DNA from: Paraspadella gotoi
Taxonomy: Eukaryota > Animalia > Chaetognatha
Length of the DNA: 64,000 bases
Reading direction: 5' to 3'
Assembly (NCBI GenBank): GCA_051294375.1
Contig: CM119266.1
Span: 25,379,731 to 25,443,730, forward strand
Shown piece after piece: positions 1 through 12,600 of the stretch; position 1 is the stretch's first letter; each line of letters starts with the position of its first letter. The notes below the pieces were generated by a model. It did not search any database. It saw only the letters and a program-made list of their open reading frames with translations, and was not told the origin of the DNA. The position numbers were made by a program, and so were the translations under genes.

Positions 1-130
1 GTCCGTGGCGTTGATTTTCTTTTCCTGCCTCTTGTTCATCGTAATTCCTCTCATTAGCAACAATGCGCCCTCTCTCCGGGCAGGAGAGTTGCCCATGAAG
101 GTTGATATCTCGCTCCTCCTGTGCTCCAAT
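1..130 (+). repeat. Diverged or error-rich copy of the repeat family also at ~11041 and ~12533
   Basis: gtccgtggcgttgattttc...ctctcattagca..tgcgccc..tctc.gggcaggag.tgcccatga.ggttgatat.ctcg matches 11041-11150 and 12533-12640. Confidence 0.8.
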
Positions 131-370
131 CTAATGATTTCCACGGATCCAGTGTTTAAGTCAGAAACAACTGCTCCAAATCTCCGCAATTGTGATTCTA
201 AAAAATTGAAACAACGTCAAAAAAGAGACCCAAAAAAAAATTTTAACTAAAGAGAACCAAAATAATAAAGAGGAACATTGGCCATCTCACGGAAAGGACG
301 AAGAGACGCGCGCGTTTTTCCTTCCGAAATATCGCCTTCGTTTGGTTGGATCAATCGGGTCAGGTCGGGT

Positions 371-465
371 GATGTGGTTGTACTTTGAGATGGAGGCAGT
401 CATTGATGTGATGTACTTTGAGGTATGGAGGCAGTCATTGATGTGATGTACTTTGAGATGGAGGC
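371..465. repeat. Tandem repeat, ~33-35 bp unit, about 3 copies
   Basis: gatgtgatgtactttgagatggaggcagtcatt repeated head-to-tail. Confidence 0.85.
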
Positions 466-1672
466 TCTCATTCGTCAGTCGAGTTAAGAAAAAAATGCTT
501 TACTCCTTCTTTACAGATATACACTCTCAAAAAATGTTATTTGATACTAAAGTTAAAGTTCACGAATTGAAATTTCGTGAAATAAATTTTCAACGAGGCT
601 GAACCTTTGTGATTGAACTCGGCCCGTTTCACGCTCGGAAAATTAAACGACCCTCTCCCCCAGCACCCGACCTGCGGCGCCCGAGCTCGTAGACGGAACG
701 CGAGAGAAAGAACTTCACGTCAAAAGCGAAAAATCGATTTTCACGACGCGAGAGAAGATTAAATTTTAAAAGCGAGGATTTCTTGAATGCCGCAAGTTGC
801 ATCTCTAACAGAGACGTTTTTATTTTTGGTCGGTCAGTCGGTTGGATGGTAGTGGGCGTCGCTTTTTGAGTGAGTTTATAAACTGTCGTTATAGTCATAT
901 TCTTTATTATTATATATTTGTTGTTTAGTATTTCTTACTTCTTTTGACGAGAAAACTTTTGGCTTTCATTAAATAACCTCCTGAATGTGACCCGATCCCC
1001 GTCAGAATTTATTACGTGAACTTTTAGCCCAGTGAAAAAAATATTGCGTCATCCGCGGACGTTTGCAAAGAGAAAAGGGCGGGAGAATCTCACGCTACCA
1101 GTAAGTACTAGAATAGATTAGATAGGGTGTAGGGTAGAAGGGTTTATCCGATATCAGATATAATATAGGAATACTGTTTTTAAGTTGAAACAGAACTATG
1201 CATAAATATATGATTATAATATCATAATAAAGTATTCATGTTCCGGAGGAAAAAAAAAACCTCCTTCAGCTTATTACTGCGAAGACTGAACAAGATAAGA
1301 GAATCACTTAATCTCTTGATGACCGTTCACTCTAGCGAGGAGTGGAGGACGAGGAGTAGGAGGAAGAGGAAGAGGAGGGGGCGTCGTTGAAGAGCTTGTT
1401 TGTTCGACGCGGAATGGATCGGCAAATGAATATAAATCACTTCCGACGTCGCCGCAGCAGTTGTGCAACAAATCTCAGACTGTCGTCGGCCGGCCTAGAG
1501 AGAGGCGGCGCGGCGATGCGGCGGCAGAAGCGCCGGCGAGGAGACGCATCCATTTCGATGGCAACACCGTAGGATGTCGAGTAGACGATTGAAAGGAGAT
1601 GGCAGAGAGGCGGAGGTGGGGGACAGAGGCGCAGAGGAAAGGTCACCGGGAGTGTGGGTGGAACGGTGAGTT

Positions 1673-1750
<78 letters not shown>

Positions 1751-2490
1751 GAGCGAGAGAGAGAGACACATAGAGGAAACGGATACCGAGAGAGGGGGAT
1801 AGAAAAGAAAGAAAAGAAGAGAAGGGGGGGGAAAAGAAAAAAAAATATTTTTTGCCGGTCAGATAAAGACAAGCGTTAGATCGAAGGAGGGGGCGCGTTG
1901 GGAAAGAAGAATCGAGGAAAAAAAAAAGAAAAGAAAATAAAGGAAGAAACTCGGTTGGGAGGAAGCGGAGGAAGAGAGAAAAAAAAATCCGAAGGAAGAA
2001 AAGGAAAGGATTGAGTTTTTCTTTCTCGCGCTAGATGGAGGTGGCGACGTTTTTATGGTCTTCTTTTTTTTTTTAGTGAAGCTCTCGGTCCCCTTTTCTG
2101 TCGGGTCGTGGCGACGGCTTGTTGTTGTTCTTGTTGTTGTTGTTGTTGTTGTTGGTGTTGGTGTTGGTGTTGTTGTTGTTGTTGTACGAAGTAAGACGAC
2201 TTCAATGATCTGTGATCAGCTCACACAGCATACACTGTCGATGGTTGATTTTTTTTTCCGCTTTACTCTGCGACATGGCTCTATAATTGTAACTTTAAAA
2301 TGAAATATTGAAATAAGAAATTTGATACGAAATGAAAATAAAAGTTTAGCTGTCAAAATCAGGCGAATAGAAAAGAACATTTCCCATTTTTTTGTTAGAG
2401 AGTAGTTTTTTTTTTAACAAAGGAAAAGAATTCATGTCATTTTCTCTCAACCTCCTTTTCCTTTTCATTTTTTCATGCCATTTCGTCGCA

Positions 2491-2640
2491 GTCTCTTTTC
2501 CTTCTTTTTATTCTCTTTTCCTTCTTTCTATTCTCTTTTCCTTCTTTCTATTCTCTTTTCCTTCCTTCTGTTCTCTTTTCCTTCTTTCTATTCTCGTTTC
2601 CTTCTTTCTATTCTCTTTTCCTTCTTTCTATTCTCTTTTT
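2491..2640. repeat. Pyrimidine-rich minisatellite, 20-bp unit
   Basis: ttctcttttccttctttcta repeated about 7 times. Confidence 0.85.
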
Positions 2641-2985
2641 CATTATTTTTCTTTCCTTTTTACCTTTTTTTCGTCATTTCGTTTCAATCCTTTCTTTTCC
2701 CCCTTTTCTCCCTTTTTTTCATGTCATTTTATCCCAATTCCTTTTCATTTTTCCCCTTCTATTTTCTTTTCCTTTTTTACTTTCCCTTTTTCTCTCTATC
2801 CGTTTCTCCCCGGAGGCTGGATTTCGATCCTTCTACCCTCATCGCAAAATCATCAAACCTTTAATGACATTTTTTCTCTTTTTTTAAAAAAAAGGGGAAA
2901 AAAAGGAAAAGTTCCCTTATCCATTATTTCCAATCTTTTTCCTTTTATTCCCAACCTGAGAACGATTAACCGAGGGACTGTAAAG

Positions 2986-3611
2986 TAGGGTGGAGTGATG
3001 AAAAGATTGAGTGATTGAACATTATTTTTTTGCTGCCTATGGACATATAATTAATAAATTTTAAATCCTTTTAAAATTTCTTTTAGCAGAACAGTATAGC
3101 AAATTCAATTATTTATGTAGTAATATCCTTACAAAATCATCAAATTTCAAAATAATTTTTTTTATTTTTAAGAACTGATTTGGATTCGTTGTAAAAAACT
3201 AAGAAACTTTTATAAAATATGTTATATGATATTTTTATGTTTAGATCACAAAAAATGACTAAAACGTTTTAACATATATAAGTTTCTACTACAGAGAATA
3301 AAAAATCAGGAATTTTCACCTTTTTTCTTATTTTAAACATTGAAGATAATAGAATTTTTGATAACATGTTTTATATTTTTGATTCAACTTTTTATGAAGA
3401 ATCTGAATCTTTATTAAAAGTTTTATAAAAATTATTTTTAAAATTTACTATTTTATAAGGATATTACTACAAATATATTATATTTTACTATTCTGTTCCC
3501 GAGATAATATGAACAAAATATTTTTTGTACTAGTTAATCATACTATCTCACATCTAAATATCATTGTTCGATCATTCAAATAATTTTTTTGTTCTTGAGT
3601 GCTCCACTCTA
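2986..3611. mobile_element. Non-autonomous hAT-like DNA transposon (MITE), 626 bp
   Basis: Perfect 8-bp direct repeat ctgtaaag at 2978-2985 and 3612-3619; termini TAGGGTGGAG...CTCCACTCTA; long imperfect internal inverted symmetry (tgtagtaatatcctta at ~3116 versus taaggatattactaca at ~3456); AT-rich with no ORF. Confidence 0.8.
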
Positions 3612-6600
3612 CTGTAAAGTCATCTTTCACTTTTAAAAAGTTAGAATCAAAGAATTAATTCGAAATATTTTACATTACGATGTCAAAGAACGCATTAGCG
3701 CTTTCCAGCGATGGTGGCGGTCCCTCTTTATGTGCTCTGAGAAAAATGTTCTCAATTAATATGTTAATTATGTTTACATACATACATACATATATACCTT
3801 TGCATACCTCCTCATCTCATTACTTATTTTTTTCAGTAAAAACCTCTCACTAGTAACTAGTAAAAAAAACCTGAAATTTTAACTTCCAAGTCATTTAGTG
3901 CAACATTGCGTAATATTTTGGCCTATTTACTATTCAACATAATTGGTGTTTTATTTTGACCCTCAACCTCGTTCCAGCTTTTATCGTTTCACGCCAACGC
4001 CCGTTTCTTCCTGCTTCTTAAAATAAATAAACATTTTCGACATCGCGGCGCCACTCGGAGAAATGCCGACAAAACCGACAAAACCGACGCCAATTCCAAT
4101 TGCAGACATATTTTTATTTGCCGATTCTTGAAGGCAAGACTGGAGAAAGTAAATTCTACGTACATACTACATAGTACATAGTACATACGCCAGAGCGGCA
4201 GACCCGGCTCGACTCAATAACTTCTATTTCCCTCCAGATGATCAAAATCGAGAGTGAAAAGCTTTTTTTAGTTGCAGAACGATCAGCAGTTTCAACCAGT
4301 TTTTTTTTCCATCGCACCATGAGACCATTGCTCCTTCACAACTTCCCACTCTTCGCTTCAGTCAGTGGGTCAAGTTGATCAAAACCCCAACGGATTATCC
4401 CATCGCTCTTTCAAGTGATACCTGCCTTCGATGCCTTCCGTTGAGCCGCCGTCCCTTTCTCCCATTCATCAACGTGATCATTTTTTCCCCTTTTTGTTTG
4501 GTCAACCTCTTTTCCCCACTTTTCCTTTGCTTTCCTCTTCATTTCCTTATCCTTTTTCTCAGCCTTTGCCATCGTCTCTGTCTCCATCTTCCTCTTCGTC
4601 CATATTCTCTAATCATCTCTTGTTTTCTCGAACTGTTTCGTCTTTTTCTCCATCAGCAATTTCGCTCGCGTTTTCTCTTGACGATTCATCACCAAATTTG
4701 TTTCATTCTCTGTAGCAAATCAGGATTTTCGATATGACTGGTACTTTCTTCGGGCATTTTTTATCTTTTACCATTCCAGCCTTTCTCTCTCTTTTTTTTT
4801 TGCAGCCATTTTCCATCATATTCCGCCATTTTCCATTATTCCCCTTAATTTCTCGCCATTTTCTGTCGCTTTCAGTTCTTCTACATCATTAATCAGATCC
4901 TCGATCCATTTAAAGTCGATTTGCCCTTCGTCCGTCGACGAAACCTCGGAAAGAATACGAGAATTTCGGAGAAGGAAGTCACGGGTTCGATTCCTGCATC
5001 TTCGCACATACTTTAGCCTTCCTTACATCATTGTAATTTGTAAATACAAATACGAGAGAACCGTCAACAAAAATTGATTTTAACCTCGTTCCAAAAAAAA
5101 AATCCCCCCAAAAAATGGCTTTAAAAAACCTCGTGGTGGAATAATCAGGGAAAAGGATTAAAGTGGCCACTAAAATTCTCCCTTGGGTCTGAGCGCTGAG
5201 AGGTCCGAGTCGGATCATCCGTCTTTAACGCCGACCCCGGAGGCGAAAGACCAACCGGGGTTTGGTTGGGGGTGTAGAAGGGTCGCGGAAGGGACGCGGA
5301 AGGGGGGAGTTGAAGGAACGGAGTAGGGATACTGGAAGTCTGGGGGCTTAGGATGAACTGATTAGGATGAACTGAAAACTGAACTGAATTATCGTTTATA
5401 ATATTTGTTTCGCTGGTGCCTAATACTTTAGGGGAAAAGAAATTTCTGCTTATCACATCGGCTTGATTATTTTTTAATGTTTTCCTATTCTCCTAACGAT
5501 CAGCAAAGTAGAAAAAAAGAGTATGGAATCGTCAGCTCATTTGGTTTTTTTTCACTTCCCACCTTAAACGACCAGTTTTTCTCTGCATCCTCCTCCTCCT
5601 CCTCCTCCTCCTCTTCCTTTTTTTTCTTTGTACAGAGTTTTCTTTTTTCTTTCCCACCTCTGAATTCTTTCTTTCTTTCTTTTTTTTTCTACTCTCCTAG
5701 ATTAGTACGGTCCTCGTCTTCGACTTTCCTCTCTTTTATTCTTTTTATCTCCTTTTTTTTCCCTCCTACCTCTGACTACTCTCTCCCGTTTCTTTTCTTC
5801 GTTTTCTTCCTCCTCTTCCTTTCCCTCTTCTTCCTCTTCCTCCTTTTCCTTCCCATCTTACTGCTCTTCTTCCTCTTTCTCCTTTTCTCCTCCTCTTCCT
5901 CCCCTCCTCTTCCTTGCCCTCTTCCTCCTCATCTTCCTTCCCTCTTCCTTCCCTCTTCCTCTTCTTTCTTTTCTTCTTTCTTCTCTTCCTCTCCATTTTC
6001 CTCCCCCTCTTCGTCCTCTTTCTCCTCTTCCTCCCCCTTTCCTCCTCGTCCTCCTCCCCCTCTTCCTCCTCATTCCCACCACTTCCTCGTTTCGCCTCCA
6101 CCGAGGCACAAACGAGGGAAGAAAGACGTTGAGAGGAAAAAAAAGAAGTTTGGAGAAAAGAAAAAGAAAGAAAGAAAGAAAAGAAAATGGGGGGAAAAAG
6201 AACTAGAGAGAAAACAAAAGGAAGTCGAGATAATATTTTAAAAGGTTTTTTGAAAAAGTTTTTAAACTACATTTTTTCTGGCTTTTGGCGACCATCTCAT
6301 GATTTAAGTTAGTGTTTACAAATACTTGTTTTTAATTCGACTGTTCAGTGTTCATTTGTTATTCCATCGTTATTATTTCTTTTCTTTTCCAGAGCACCGA
6401 AACTCGCCATCAACCGGTAGGAGTAGGACAATTTCCACCAAATCCCCACCACTCACGCACAAAGACTTTTAAATTGAATAAAAGTGGAAAGAAAAAGGAG
6501 GATAGTAAAAATGATGAAATCGCCGCAACGACAACGACAACAACTTAGACTCAGGACGCGACTTTTGAGACCAAAATAAAAATAACTAATGACTACATTT

Positions 6601-7216
6601 TTTCGTAAAAAGAAATTTGGATCGAACCCGAGGATGATGATGAGCCATCGGCGAGTCGTCTGCTTTGACCTCAACGTCCTTGGCCCTGGACAGATTGGTA
6701 AACGGGGTCTCCCAGCAACGAGAAACTTCGACGAAACACTGGGCGATTGAGCTCAAAAAGTTTCGTTAAGGAAAAGCTTTAAAAAAAATGACAATGCGGT
6801 CACCTCCAGGTCAGTTATTATGAGAGTGAAGTGAAGCGGAAGTGAGGAAAAGATAAACAAGTTGTTTGTGATTGTAATTTGTAGCTGGAGAATGGAATTC
6901 TTGTTTTTTGTCGTCTATTGACGATAATTATAAAGTTAACGGTTCCATCTCTCACTTTAATCAACAGAAGCGAACGTCTAGTGTCTAACGTTTAATTTTT
7001 CCATTAACTTTTCTACTTCTTCGTTTCGTTCGAAGGCGTTTCATTTATTTCTTTCCTTCTAATTTTGATCACTTGTTTTCCCTTTTATTCCCCTCACTTT
7101 TTTTGATTGCGCTCTTTAGATAAAGTTCTCTTATTCTTGACTTTTTTTTTCTTTTTTCTTTTCTTTTTTTTCCGTTACTATTTTTTTTCATCTCTCACTT
7201 TTTAGATCGCCTTCTA

Positions 7217-7655
7217 TCTTCTTTCCTTCACTTTTCTTTTTAACCTCTCTTCTTCCATAGTTTTCTCTTTTCCTTTCCTCCCTTTTTCTTTTTTAATCGC
7301 TCGCCTTCTTTTCTTCACTTTTCTTTTTAACCTCTCTTCTTCCCTCGTTTTCTCTTTTCCTTTCCTCCCTTTTTCTTTTTTAATCGCTCTCCTTCTTTCC
7401 TTCACTTTTCTTTTTAAACTCTCTTCTTCCCTCGTTTTCTCTTTTCCTTTCCTCCCTTTTTCTTTTTTAATCGCTCTCCTTCTTTCCTTCACTTTTCTTT
7501 TTAAACTCTCTTCTTCCCTCGTTTTCTCTTTTCCTTTCCTCCCTTTTTCTTTTTTAATCGCTCTCCTTCTTTCCTTCACTTTTCTTTTTAAACTCTCTTC
7601 TTCCCTCGTTTTCTCTTTTCCTTTCCTCCCTTTTTCTTTTTTAATCGCTCTCCTT
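7217..7655. repeat. 87-bp minisatellite, about 5 copies
   Basis: Unit ttccttcacttttctttttaaactctcttcttccctcgttttctcttttcctttcctccctttttcttttttaatcgctctccttct; appears as a 29-aa repeat in ORF 7214..7690. Confidence 0.9.
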
Positions 7656-8413
7656 TCCTTCCTCCGCGTCTCTTTCCTCGCTCCAACCATTTACTCCTTC
7701 CATTAACCTTTGTCCCGCGATGATAGGTGGTCTTTAGGTCTGCTCGACGATTACTCCCCAGATGTGAGTGACCATTTGGCCGAATAAGGACGTTAGACTA
7801 AGAATGCTCCAACTACAGTAGTTTGACCGGGATGTAGAGTAATAGGCTATTGAATTTGTTATCGACATACCTTTAAAAAAAATATATATTGAGAAATTTA
7901 CATCGCTAATCAAAAACTTAACCTGTTGTATCCGAATTGAAGCATTCAGAAATAGGATTACGTGTCAATTTCGTGTAGTAAATGATTGCTTTAAAAATAA
8001 ACTTATCATTTAATGGTTTAGAAAAAACAAATATTTTATTGTTTTAACGATTTATTTTTTACAGAGAGATTAAAAATATTGTGAGCGCCTAAAAAAGAAT
8101 AACCCACTGAGCTTTTTCCATACTGAGATTCTAAAGACGAGATGGTCTTCCCTTTATGAAGATGGAACCATTAAAGATGGCGCCGTTTGACGCGGAGCCA
8201 TCAAAAACGGCAACGTCTGAAACGGCGCCATCAAAGATGCCATTGACTCAGTTGAATCAGTCAGCGACGCAAACGGTCGATCGTTTTCTGTCCCTCGCAT
8301 CCTTGAACTCTCACCCAATTCTATTTCCCCCCACCAAACCCCCTAAACCACCTTCCTAATCTCCCGAACACCACGCGACCACTCTCCACATGGAACCGTC
8401 GTCGATCGCTCAG

Positions 8414-8496
8414 GCCAAGTCCGCGTCCTTAATGGAACCGGTCTAACCACGGAGGACATCATCTTGGAAGACCTGAATTACTCTATTCCATTGTCA

Positions 8497-8497
<1 letters not shown>
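8414..8497 (+). CDS. Candidate N-terminal exon of the muscarinic receptor (GQVRVLNGTGLTTEDIILEDLNYSIPLS); 5' boundary uncertain
   Basis: Open frame with two N-glycosylation sequons (NGT, NYS) ending in a strong phase-1 donor CAG|GTGAG at 8497/8498, compatible with the downstream phase-1 exons; the acceptor is weak. Confidence 0.5.
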
Positions 8498-8549
<52 letters not shown>

Positions 8550-9013
8550 TTACTATAATGAATCAAAACTATATGTTTATTGAGATTAGTATGGAACGGG
8601 AAAAAACTTAAGAATTAGTTATTTTATTGTTTTTTAATGTTATGTTGTGAATCCGTTTCTCAGCTTAGGTTTTCCCTTTCCATTCCGTCCGGCAATACTT
8701 TTTTTTTCTCGTTAATCAATTTATAAAATATATTAAACATTAATCTATGAATTCTTGTTTTAATAACGATATACAATCAATCAATTCCTCGAACCTCTAA
8801 AAAGTCAATCAATCAAGTTGGATCGTCGTCGCCGACGAACGTGATTCGCATCGAAAGGTGAAAGTCGGAAAGAGACACCTCGAATTATCTACGATGTTGA
8901 CCTTCTGATCCTTTATGACCCTTTTTTGACCCTTTTGAATCTTTGACCTTCTCACCCGCGAACCTCGTCACCCTGCCCCATTTTTCACGCCATCTTTCCC
9001 TCGTCAAAGGTAG

Positions 9014-9148
9014 AGAGACGAGTCCTGGGAGATTCGTCGGGCTGTGACGTCAAGAGCGAGACGAAAAGGAGGGAGGGAGGGGGAGAGCGTGAGACGGGAG
9101 AGGGAGGGACTTCTTTTGGTGAAGAGTTTGAGGGCTCTGGGGAGCCCG
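9014..9148 (+). CDS. Candidate N-terminal exon of the receptor (ERRVLGDSSGCDVKSETKRREGGGERETGEGGTSFGEEFEGSGEP)
   Basis: Pyrimidine tract then TAG acceptor (9011-9013), 135-nt open phase 1-1 exon, donor G|GTTGGG. Confidence 0.45.
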
Positions 9149-9629
9149 GTTGGGTGCGGGGAGACGTCGTCGTCGTCGTCGTCCTCCTTCGTCTTCTTAG
9201 TTGTGATGAGTTCTGCCTCTTTCAACTTTTTTTCGCCTTCGTCATCGTCATTTTGATGACGATGTCATTTGTTGACCTAGTTTGTCGTCGTCGTCGTCGT
9301 CGTCTTCTTCGACCTCGTCGCCAGCGACCTCTTCATCGGTCGAGCCCTTGTCAGTTTTCTTGCCAGCGACGAAACTCTTATTGCCTTCGTCGTTTTATCG
9401 ACAATAGTTCCGCCCGACATCGCCTCACGCAGTCGTCCTCACTTTTCCATGTCGCGCTCGACATCCGCAATGTCATTGGGCTTGATTATCGTAGCTTATG
9501 TCCTTGCTATTGCCATTTTATTATATTTATTTTATTGATAATTAGCCAGTGAGAGCCCATTTTCTTTTAGTTTTTTTGTTTTTTTTTATGTTTTTTTTGT
9601 TTTTTTGTTTTTACTTCCTCCGTCGTTCC

Positions 9630-12600
9630 ATATTTGGTGTCAACTTTGATCCCGGGCGCTGAGCCTCGCGTTCTAGCTAACGATTAATACACCGACGTAA
9701 CCAAACAAACCATTTATTGAGGAACCATGTGTCATAACAAAGTTAGAAACCTATAATAGATCGAATATATCAACGTATTTTCCTATTGTTATACTACATT
9801 TTTACTGTAACCGTACATCTTTCAGTTCCCGGCTTCGACCAAGTATCGATCTCAAAAAATACTATTACTTAAAGAAAATCAAAAAAATCATTTTTTCTTA
9901 CTTCAGTAACCAAATTTTTGATGCCGCGCCTTCGTCTCCCAAATTAGTCACAACGTAACAAATTTTTCATGCCCGGCCGCCGCGTCCGCGCCGCCGCGTT
10001 GGCTCGCCTGTCTTTACACTCCCCCCAATTTCCTGAAATTCTACTCTGTCGGGCAACTGTGCCAGCGCTGTCCGGCGCCTCCTCCCCCCGTAAAGCTGCA
10101 TCAGAGTCCGCTGCACCGCTCGACCCCACTACCGTCATCTTGACGACTGCGATTTCGTCTCGTTCACCGCCGCCACAGCGCTGGCTGCTTCCAAAGGCCG
10201 GCAATGACTCTCTGCCGCAGCGCCGACTGCTTCCAAAGGTCGGCACTGGTTTTCTGCTGCGGCGCCAACTGCTTCCAAAGTCGGCGCTCACCCCATTATT
10301 TCATGATTTCATGTATACTCACAGTGTTGTCTCTGCCACGACGCCGACTGTTTCCAAGAACCGGCGCCGTCTTGACAGTCCCCAAATAAACACCGGTCGG
10401 TTCCAAATACCGGCGCCGCCGTCGAAACCAACTACTTTTCCCTCTCCCCGTTTCGTATGGGGGCGAAGGTGTTTATATAGTTTATAATCGATATGCTCCA
10501 ATAATAAGTAGTAATTGATTACATAGTATAGCAGTTCATATTCAATGTGATTACATAGTATAACGATTCATATTCAATGTGATTACATAGTATAACGATG
10601 TCAATAGCTGTTTTATGTAGTTTATCACGAATAATCGGGTCAGTTTTGATTTCTATTTGAACAACAACAACATTTGTATTTTTACTAATTTCAACTCGGT
10701 AACTCCAGAACAATAATTTTTTATTTTTAAATATTCAAGAAATAATAACTGGTGGGTCTATGTTTTGTTGTAGTTTACCCCGACTTATTCGACAACGATT
10801 CTCCTGTTGTTGCCCTCCTTTTTCTTTTTTCTCTCCTTCTTCTTTTCCTCCGGGATTTTGCTTCAGGATGTTGAAGCTACGTTCATATGTGTCTCGACCG
10901 GCCGCTTTTTTGGTTCCGGTCCCTGTATCTCCATCTCTTGCCATCCTTGGTATTTTGGCTTTTCCAAGCCGTTGGTTCCGCTCCTTTTGATCAATTTGAT
11001 CTTTAGTTCTCCGTTTGTTTCTCCTTCTCGTTTTGGAGTTGTCCGTGGCGTTTATTTTCTTTCCTCCTCTTGTTCGTCGTATTCTCTCATTAGCACATGC
11101 GCCCGTCTCTCGGGCAGGAGTGCCCGTGAGGTTGACATTCTCGCCTCCTCCTGCCCGCTACATCCTCTATTTCCTACGGATCCCAATGTTAGTTCAACAA
11201 CCTGCTCCATCTCTGCTCTCGTCTCGAGGTTTTCCCATGACTTTCTATCCAGCTTTTTCTCAAACTCCTTCTTTTCCTTTTCCTTGCGACTTTCTAACAG
11301 CATGATATTCGGCTTTTTAACCACTTATTTTCGTGGTAGAGTTGAGCTTTCTCATTTCTCAGTTTATGTATCTCTCTTTGGGCTCTCGTTTTGAACTCTG
11401 GTTTGCTCTTTCTCTCGTTTTCCTCAGGTCTCTCCCTTTCGTTTTTTCTCTCACTTTTTTCTTTTTCGATCCAAGCCTCACTTTTTTCCTTCTGCTTTGT
11501 CACCTCGTAGTTTCTTTTAATGTATAGGTTGAATTTCGACTTTGGCCATCCACGCGCCGCTGAAAATAACGGATGACGGTATTCATCCAGAGTTCGGTTT
11601 GTCGTCGTTTGTTGATCCGTCTCTAGGCAGCGTGCTTGCTTTGCGAACGAGGTTTTCTTCTTCTTACATTTAGTTTGGTTTACTTTGGTCCCGGGCGCTG
11701 AGCCTCGCATTCTAGCTAACAATTATTACACCGACGTAACCAAACAAACCATTTATTGAGGAACCATGTGTCGTAACAAAGTTAGAAACCTATAATAAAT
11801 CGAATATATCAACGTATTTTCCTATTGTTATACTACATTTTTACTGAAACCGTATATCTTTCGGTTCCCGGCTTCGACCAAGTATCGATCTCGAAAAATA
11901 CTATTACTTAAAGAAAATCAAAAAATCATTTCTCTCAGCAAATTTTCGATGCCGCACCTTCGTCTCCCAAATTTGGTATGCGCCGTTTCTTCTCCCCGCG
12001 GCGCTGATTTGGCGTCGCAACGTAACAAATTTTTCATGCCCCCAATTTCCTGAAATTCTACTCTGTCGGGCAACAGTGGCGGCGCTGTCCGGCGCCTCCT
12101 CCCCCGTAAAGCTGCGTCGTTCGCGTCAGAGTTTTCTGCACCGCTCGGCCCCACTACCGTCATCTTGATAACTGTGATTTAGTCTCGTTCACCGCCGCCA
12201 CAGAGCCGGCTGCTTCCAAAGGCCGGCATTTTGCTTCTTGATGTTGAAGCTTCGTTCATATGCGTCTCGACCGGCCGCTTCTTTGGTTCCGGTCCCTGTA
12301 TCTCCATCTCTTGCCATCCTTGGTCTTTTGGCTTTTCCCAGCCTTTGGTTTCGCTCCTTTTGATCAATTTGATCTTTAGTTCTCCATTTGTTTCTCCTTT
12401 TGATTTGCTCGTGGTTTTCTCCTTGTGTTGATGTTCGGGCAGGAGTGCCCGTGAGGTTGTGACTTGTCCCTCCTCCCGCCTGTTGCTTTCTCCGTGTGTC
12501 TGCGTTTCTGTTGGCCCTCTTACTGGCTGAGTTGTCCGTGGCGTTGATTTTCTTTCCTCCTCTTGTTCATCGTATTCTCTCATTAGCACATGCGCCCGTC

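Noticed and set aside
371-465. Short direct repeats resembling a CRISPR array (also 10519-10598 and 7217-7655)
   Set aside because: Head-to-tail units with no unique spacers, no cas genes, eukaryotic context
4960-5010. GGTTCGATTCC B-box or T-loop-like motif suggesting a tRNA
   Set aside because: No matching acceptor stem, D-arm or A-box could be folded; at most a SINE relic
1387-7690. Many ORFs rich in ER, SL, F or R repeats (also across the whole window)
   Set aside because: They are translations of (AG)n, (CGT)n, (CAT)n and purine or pyrimidine tracts, with no domain signal
8156-8359. 67-aa ORF MKMEPLKMAPF... as the receptor start
   Set aside because: It stops at 8359 and is out of frame with the 8497 donor; it would need an unverified indel or splice
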